Shown piece by piece: positions 58,622-64,000 of a stretch of DNA of 64,000 bases (positions are counted from its first letter, which is position 1; the number at the start of each line of letters is the position of its first letter). The notes under the pieces were generated by a model that saw only the letters and a program-made list of their open reading frames with translations, was not told the DNA's origin and did no database searches. The stretch comes from a bacterium (GTDB lineage: Bacteria; UBA8248; JACPRG01; G963555815): the NCBI GenBank assembly GCA_963555815.3, contig CAUVWX020000001.1, positions 384,001 to 448,000 of the forward strand. The letters run 5' to 3'. Both the position numbers and the translations under genes were made by a program.

Positions 58622-59668
58622 ATGAGTCGTCAGCGGATCGTCACGGGGGAGGCCCTCTCGACAGAAGAGGAGGTCTTCCATTACACTCTGCGTCCGAAGA
58701 CTCTCGACGAATTCATCGGCCACCGCCCCCTCGTCGAAAAACTTCGAATCGCCTTAGAGGCAGCCCGCCAGCGAGAAGAGCCCATCGAGCACATCATCTT
58801 CTATGGGCCGCCGGGCTTAGGGAAGACAACCCTCGCCTACATCGCCGCCCACGAGATGAGGGCAGCTCTCGTCACGGCGTCTGCCCCCGCCATCACCCGG
58901 CCTGCGGACCTGATGGGCCTTTTAACAAATCTGGAGACCGGCGGGGTCCTTTTCCTAGACGAGATCCACCGCCTGCCCGTTACCGTCGAGGAATTCCTCT
59001 ACCCGGTCATGGAGGAATTCAAGGTGGATTTCCTCATCGACAAGGGCCCTTTCGCGAAGAAAATCCATATCCCGCTTAAGCCGTTCACCCTGATTGGGGC
59101 CACCACGCGAGCGGGCCTCCTGTCGGCGCCCCTTCGAGCGCGCTTCGGTATCCTTCACCATCTGGACTTTTACCCCCCGGAGGACCTCGCCCAGATCATC
59201 CGTCGCTCGGCAGCCATCCTGAAGATCCGCCTCGACCCCGATGCGGCGACTCTGCTCTCGGAGCGTGCCAGGGGGACCCCCCGGGTGGCCAACCGGCTCC
59301 TTCGCCGCGTTCGGGACTACGCCGAGGTCAAGGGGGACGGGCGGGTCACGCCCGAGGTGGCCGAGAAGGCCCTGGGTCTGGAGGGGATCGACATGGCGGG
59401 GCTTGATGAGCTCGATCGTAAGTTCCTCCGCACGATCCTCGACACTTACCGCGGGGGGCCTGTCGGAATCGAGGCCGTGGCCGCCTCACTGAATGAGGAA
59501 TCAGACACGCTCTGCGAACTGGTGGAACCTTTTCTCCTGAAGTCCGGTCTGCTCTCCCGGACCCGAAACGGTCGTTGCCTCACCGAGGCCGCCCACCACC
59601 ATCTGGGCCAATCGCCTCCACCAGCGGCTCAACCGGACCTCTGGACCCAGGGGAAGAGTTCCGGATAA
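58622..59668 (+). CDS. ruvB: Holliday junction helicase
   Basis: LRP, GPPGLGKTT, DEIHR, ATTR, RGTPRVANRLLRR. Confidence 0.96.
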   Translation: MSRQRIVTGEALSTEEEVFHYTLRPKTLDEFIGHRPLVEKLRIALEAARQREEPIEHIIFYGPPGLGKTTLAYIAAHEMRAALVTASAPAITRPADLMGLLTNLETGGVLFLDEIHRLPVTVEEFLYPVMEEFKVDFLIDKGPFAKKIHIPLKPFTLIGATTRAGLLSAPLRARFGILHHLDFYPPEDLAQIIRRSAAILKIRLDPDAATLLSERARGTPRVANRLLRRVRDYAEVKGDGRVTPEVAEKALGLEGIDMAGLDELDRKFLRTILDTYRGGPVGIEAVAASLNEESDTLCELVEPFLLKSGLLSRTRNGRCLTEAAHHHLGQSPPPAAQPDLWTQGKSSG

Positions 59669-59678
59669 TGGAAGGGGC

Positions 59679-59921
59679 TTGAGGATGTGGCCTCTTGGGA
59701 CACTTGGAAAAGCCCTCATGTTCCTTGGGGCCTTGATCTTCGTCCTGGGTGGTCTGCTGATCCTGGGGGGTAAACTCTCGTCCATTGGAAGGCTGCCGGG
59801 AGATTTCCTCATCCAACGGAAAAATTTTTCCCTCTACTTCCCGCTGGGAACATCCATCCTTCTGAGCATTCTCCTGACCTTTGTCTTATCCCTCCTAGCC
59901 AACTTTTTCCTCAGGAAGTGA
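59679..59921 (+). CDS. DUF2905 small membrane protein
   Basis: GRLPGD...YFPLGTSILLS; usual position after ruvB. Confidence 0.88.
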   Translation: MRMWPLGTLGKALMFLGALIFVLGGLLILGGKLSSIGRLPGDFLIQRKNFSLYFPLGTSILLSILLTFVLSLLANFFLRK

Positions 59922-61156
59922 TCCCCACGGAAGGCCTTCGGACGGTCGCTAACCGCTTGAACCGTCTCTCTTCACGTATCGCCCTGGTGAGTCTCCTCCT
60001 GTTTTCTTGGGCAGGGACTGCCCAGGGCCTTGTCCGGCTGCGGGTGGCGTTGCTTCGTGGGGCGTCTACATTTGAGGTGACCTCCCAGGAGACCCTCCGG
60101 GTCTACGCGATCCAGCAGACACGTCTCATGAGGGAGATCAGGGGGGGTGAAAAACTCTCCTTCCGATGGTCACGGGGGAAAATATTCTTGAACGGCAAAG
60201 GCCTTCCCGTGGACACCATCCGGCTAAAAACCCTCGGCGCCCCGATTCGGCTAAATGGCGTCCCCTATCGGGGAGGGCTCGACCTCCTCCCGGACGGCGA
60301 CCGGGGTCTCGTGGTAGTGAACGAAGTGGCGCTCGAAGATTATCTGCGGGGAGTAGTGGGTCGTGAGATGCCCGCCACCTGGCCTCCCGAGGCCCTTCGG
60401 GCCCAGGCAGTGGCGGCCCGGACCTTCGCTCTCCTCCTTCGGGCCCGGTCGACCCCAAGGCCCTACGATCTGACCGCCGGGACCGGGGATCAGGTCTACA
60501 GCGGGATTGAGGCCGAACACCCCTCCGTGGATGAAGCTGTTCAGGCCACAGCAGGCCTGGTCTTGACGTTTCGGGGAGTCCTGGCCAGGACCTTCTTTCA
60601 CGCTTCAGCAGCCGGCCATACGGAGGACGTCAGCGTCGTCTGGCCAGGCATTGATGAACCCTATCTCAAAGGGCTCAGACTTCCCTTTGACGACGCCGGC
60701 CCCCGGCATCGCTGGGAATCCGTCTTAAGTCTTCAGGGGTTGGAGGGTCTCCTCCAAAGAGCGGGCTATGAAATTCGGGATGTCCGCCAACTGAAGATTC
60801 GGGGGGAAACGCCCTCTGGGCGAGTGGCTCAGGTGGTCATTCAACACCAAGGGGGCTCCCTAAAACTCTCCGCCCACCGGTTTCGCCACCTGGTTGGGCC
60901 ATCGCGCATCCGCTCCACCTTCTTCCGCCTGGAGGCCGGGGGGAGGCGGATTCGGTTCCTCGGCGTTGGCAATGGCCATGGAGTTGGGATGTCCCAGTGG
61001 GGGGCGTATCAGATGGCGAAGGAGGGGAAGAGCTTTGAGGAGATCCTCGCTTTTTTCTATCCGGGGACACGACCTAGGCGAGCAGAGGAGGAGACGATGC
61101 CCACCGGGCCCCCTTTGCCTGAGGAATTCGAGGATCTGGGAACCCTCTTGCGCTGA
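59918..61156 (+). CDS. SpoIID/LytB domain protein
   Basis: YRG, LEDYLRGVV..EM, EALRAQAVAART, GHGVGMSQWGA. Confidence 0.92.
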   Translation: MIPTEGLRTVANRLNRLSSRIALVSLLLFSWAGTAQGLVRLRVALLRGASTFEVTSQETLRVYAIQQTRLMREIRGGEKLSFRWSRGKIFLNGKGLPVDTIRLKTLGAPIRLNGVPYRGGLDLLPDGDRGLVVVNEVALEDYLRGVVGREMPATWPPEALRAQAVAARTFALLLRARSTPRPYDLTAGTGDQVYSGIEAEHPSVDEAVQATAGLVLTFRGVLARTFFHASAAGHTEDVSVVWPGIDEPYLKGLRLPFDDAGPRHRWESVLSLQGLEGLLQRAGYEIRDVRQLKIRGETPSGRVAQVVIQHQGGSLKLSAHRFRHLVGPSRIRSTFFRLEAGGRRIRFLGVGNGHGVGMSQWGAYQMAKEGKSFEEILAFFYPGTRPRRAEEETMPTGPPLPEEFEDLGTLLR

Positions 61157-61238
61157 ACTTCTCCCTTTTCAGGCTGACCAGGGAGTGTGCCGCCTGAGGT
61201 CTCCGGCTTTGCGGCTAAGCGGAGGGGGTGTGAATAGT

Positions 61239-61568
61239 TTAAGCTGGGACGGAAGGCTTCGCGGCGTTTAGACCGGAGCCCCATTCAAGGCCTTCATTGA
61301 CGGCCTTGCGGAAATGCTTTCCCGACTTGAATCGGACCACCTTGCGAGCCGAAATGTCGGCCTCCTGCCCGGTCTTCGGGTTTCGCCCAATGCGGGCGGA
61401 CTTGTGGCGCACCCGGAAGGACCCAAACCGTCTGATGATGACGGGCTGACCTTCCCGCAAGGCCTCTTTCACCATACTGATAATGGTCTCCACCGCCAGC
61501 TCTGCCTTGACCTTGGTAAGACCTGTGTCCTGGGCCACTCGGTTGATGATCTCGATCTTGGTCATCAC
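61239..61568 (-). CDS. HU/IHF family DNA-binding protein
   Basis: MTK, FGSF, GRNPKTG, VRFKSGK. Confidence 0.93.
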   Translation of the reverse strand: MMTKIEIINRVAQDTGLTKVKAELAVETIISMVKEALREGQPVIIRRFGSFRVRHKSARIGRNPKTGQEADISARKVVRFKSGKHFRKAVNEGLEWGSGLNAAKPSVPA

Positions 61569-61795
61569 TCCCCACCGCGCACACCGAGGATTCGCGATCT
61601 AGAGGGACGAAAAACAGAAATCTATACCCTACTGATATAACACAGGACTGAAATAAATTCAAAGGGTTTCCCTGGCCCCAAGCAGAGAAAAAGCCCCCTT
61701 CTGGCGAACGCCTCCGTCCAAGAAAAGTGGGCTTCGCCGACACCCAAAGGCTTCTCCCCTGGACCTCCTCTAAAGTGCCCCTGGGGATCCGGAGG

Positions 61796-62059
61796 TTATT
61801 TCCCCTTGGCGGCCTTTGTTTTACCGCCCTTTGCCCTTTTTTTCCCTCCTTCGGGAGCGCTCGGTTCCCCTACCTCCCACTTCAGTTTTCCATCGATGAT
61901 CTCCGTGAGGGCGATGGCCTCGTGGTCGGCATTCTCAATATCCACCAAGGGTTCAGCGCCCTTGCGCAGTTGAGAAATCCGTTGGGCTAGAATGTTGGTA
62001 AACAGGAATCGATTCTTGACACGGGCCAACGCCTGCGTGAAGAGCTCCCTTTCCGCCAT
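61796..62059 (-). CDS. rpoZ: RNA polymerase omega subunit
   Basis: NRF...AQRISQL..GAEPLV...IALTEI..GK; GGGAGG RBS. Confidence 0.88.
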   Translation of the reverse strand: MAERELFTQALARVKNRFLFTNILAQRISQLRKGAEPLVDIENADHEAIALTEIIDGKLKWEVGEPSAPEGGKKRAKGGKTKAAKGK

Positions 62060-62160
62060 GGAGTACAATCCCTCCCTAGAGAGACCCTCTTCCTGGTAGG
62101 AACCCAGATTGGCAATTCCCCTCGTCAATCCACTTCCTCCCCTTTTGAGATCAGGACTGA

Positions 62161-62562
62161 TTAGGGACCAGGGTGGGGTCCTTGGGCCTTGGTCTTTTCC
62201 ACATAACAAAGACGGAGGTCTGACAGTAGCGACACGAGGAGGTGGTCTTCCTCTGGGGTCAGGTTTCCACGGGTCTTCTCCTGGAGGACCCCCAGGATAT
62301 CGATCATATGCTTGGCCCCCTCCAGGTTGACGTAGTCAGTCTTGCCTGAAGGGTCTGGGATTGCGCCCAGACTGAGGAGGACCGAATTTCCAAGGGAGAA
62401 AACGAAGCCTGAGAAGTCCGCCTCCACAGCGGGAGCTTCCATTGGGCCGGTCGCCTCCTGAGCCGCAGGGGCTTCAACCCTTTCCTCTTTCCCTTCCTTC
62501 GAAAAGCGACGGTCCGTGACCGTAAAAGCCTTCTCCTGCTTCTCCTGTTCCTCTTGCGACAT
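62161..62562 (-). CDS. DUF1844 domain protein
   Basis: VTDRR, AKHMIDIL..LQEKTRGNLT.EE...DLRL.YV. Confidence 0.88.
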   Translation of the reverse strand: MSQEEQEKQEKAFTVTDRRFSKEGKEERVEAPAAQEATGPMEAPAVEADFSGFVFSLGNSVLLSLGAIPDPSGKTDYVNLEGAKHMIDILGVLQEKTRGNLTPEEDHLLVSLLSDLRLCYVEKTKAQGPHPGP

Positions 62563-62602
62563 CTCCTCTCCCCCTCGCAAGGCCTTTTGACAGGCCTCTG
62601 CC

Positions 62603-63250
62603 TTACTGACGGGTGCGCCAGCGACGGAGATCGAAGATCTTCGTCTCATCCACCCCCTGGGCTTCGGAGGGGATAGCTCTCAAGGTCCGCCAGGTGTAAT
62701 GGATACGTTGGGCCACTGTCAAGTAAATAAGAGGGGTCGTAATCCACAGCACAAGGGGCATCACCCGGAAGATCCCTCCCACCCCCAGGAGTATAACCCG
62801 CTCTGGACGCTCCATAATCCCCACATTGCACTGCCCGATGAGGCCTTCGGCCCGGGCCCGCACATAGGGGACAAGGAGACCCCCCAGGAGGGATAGCCCC
62901 ACCAGGACCACGAGGGCAATTGCCCCCCTCTGGGCATAGAGGACCAGCAGCCCCACCAAGGGGGCCCCGTCGGAGCAACGATCCAGACAGGAGTCATAAA
63001 AGGCCCCAAAATCACTCACCTTCCCAGCCGCCCGCGCCACCGCCCCGTCCAGGAGATCGAAGCCCCCCCCCGCCAGCATGAGGGCCCCTCCCAGGGGGAG
63101 CCTCCCAAAGGCGAAGGCCAGAGCCGCCCCAATGCTGATGAGGAGACCCACAGTCGAGAGGAAAAATGGATCAACGCCCCTTCGGGCAATGAGGCCGATG
63201 AGGCCATCCAAAAACCTCTCCACCCGCTTGGCGAAGAGGGCGGTCAACAT
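62603..63250 (-). CDS. pgsA: CDP-alcohol phosphatidyltransferase
   Basis: DLLDGAVAR..G....GAFYDSCLDR, YVRARAE, ERPER. Confidence 0.8.
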   Translation of the reverse strand: MLTALFAKRVERFLDGLIGLIARRGVDPFFLSTVGLLISIGAALAFAFGRLPLGGALMLAGGGFDLLDGAVARAAGKVSDFGAFYDSCLDRCSDGAPLVGLLVLYAQRGAIALVVLVGLSLLGGLLVPYVRARAEGLIGQCNVGIMERPERVILLGVGGIFRVMPLVLWITTPLIYLTVAQRIHYTWRTLRAIPSEAQGVDETKIFDLRRWRTRQ

Positions 63251-63268
63251 CCTCGCTTGACTCCCTTC

Positions 63269-64000
63269 CTACCCGAAGAAACCTTTTTTCTTTTTCTTCT
63301 CTGCCCCTGCCCCCTGCTCACCCTCCATCGCGTTGAGCTCCTCAAAAAGGGCCCGCTCGCTTGGGGAGAGTTTCGTCGGGGTCTTCACCTGAACCTCGAC
63401 CACCAGGTTCCCCGCCCTTCCTCCCCGCAGGTCTGGAAAACCAGCGCCCCGGATGGTGAATCGGTCTCCCGTCTGCGTTCCCTCGGGGAGCGTGATCTGA
63501 CGGGTTCCGTTCAGGGAGGTGACCTCGGTCTTCCCCCCCAGGGCGGCCCGGGCGAAAGAGATGGGGATCCGGCAGTAGATGTCCTTGCCAACCCGCTGGA
63601 AGAAGGGATGGGGCTGGACCTGAATATAAACGTAGAGATCCCCGGGAGGCCTCCCCCAAGGGCCGTCCTCACCCTCGTCTGTCAGTCTAAGCCTGGAGTC
63701 CGTGTCCACTCCCGCAGGAACCTGGATGGTGAGCTTCTTGACCTCGTCCCTGTGGCCAGCCCCCTTGCACTCTAGGCAAGGAGTCTCGATGACCTCGCCG
63801 GCTCCCTTGCACTGAGGACAAATAACGCTCAAGGATAAGAAGCCCTGTCTTCGGTGGATCTGGCCTCGGCCCCCGCATGTTCGGCAGTCTTTGGGGGTTG
63901 TCCCGGGCTTCGCCCCAGAGCCATGGCAGGTGGGACAAGTCTTGAGCCGGGAGAACTCGATGACGACCTCCTTTCCGGAGGCCGCCTCCTCGAAAGTAAG
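63269..64000 (-). CDS. dnaJ: Chaperone DnaJ (5' end outside window)
   Basis: Open frame to the window edge with four CxxCxGxG repeats, PAGVD, GDLY. Confidence 0.95.
   Translation of the reverse strand, partial: LTFEEAASGKEVVIEFSRLKTCPTCHGSGAKPGTTPKDCRTCGGRGQIHRRQGFLSLSVICPQCKGAGEVIETPCLECKGAGHRDEVKKLTIQVPAGVDTDSRLRLTDEGEDGPWGRPPGDLYVYIQVQPHPFFQRVGKDIYCRIPISFARAALGGKTEVTSLNGTRQITLPEGTQTGDRFTIRGAGFPDLRGGRAGNLVVEVQVKTPTKLSPSERALFEELNAMEGEQGAGAEKKKKKGFFG

Noticed and set aside
61157..61238. tRNA-sized GC-rich intergenic segment
   Set aside because: No TTCRA T-loop or cloverleaf; consistent with a hairpin between convergent genes
1..64000. CRISPR arrays, IS elements, prophage or defence genes
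   Set aside because: No spaced repeats, transposase, integrase or phage structural motifs seen; the DinG has a housekeeping context with no cas genes

Overview
A GC-rich (roughly 60%, estimated by eye) chromosomal window from a diderm, LPS-making bacterium. The HU/IHF sequence and the rpoZ-DUF1844-pgsA-dnaJ order suggest a deltaproteobacteria-like, Nitrospinota or Tectomicrobia lineage; this is inference only. In order it holds: (1) the end of a surface-glycosylation cluster, in which a radical SAM/SPASM gene and a GT2 gene each carry one in-frame stop; (2) a cobalamin-riboswitch-controlled btuFCDB-tonB operon, a Dph6-like ATPase, LonC and sodC; (3) dcyD, an LLM oxidoreductase and a sulfatase-like gene; (4) aroF with an unannotated Tyr/Phe leader-peptide attenuator, dinG and mrp; (5) a copper module made of a RAPP-motif leader ORF, an outer-membrane protein and copC; (6) an MFS gene bracketed by a duplicated cobC 3' end; (7) a ~17-kb LPS operon (lpxL, waaF, hldA/C, waaC, msbA, carbamoyltransferase, waaL); (8) a 1536-aa six-domain MnxG-like multicopper oxidase paired with an unrecognised ~700-aa lipoprotein behind a structured leader; (9) htrA, ruvCAB, DUF2905, spoIID, HU/IHF, rpoZ, DUF1844, pgsA and partial dnaJ. 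I saw no CRISPR array, tRNA, rRNA, transposase or integrase. The best candidates for new biology are the oxidase/lipoprotein pair, the His-rich RAPP copper leader and the aroF attenuator.
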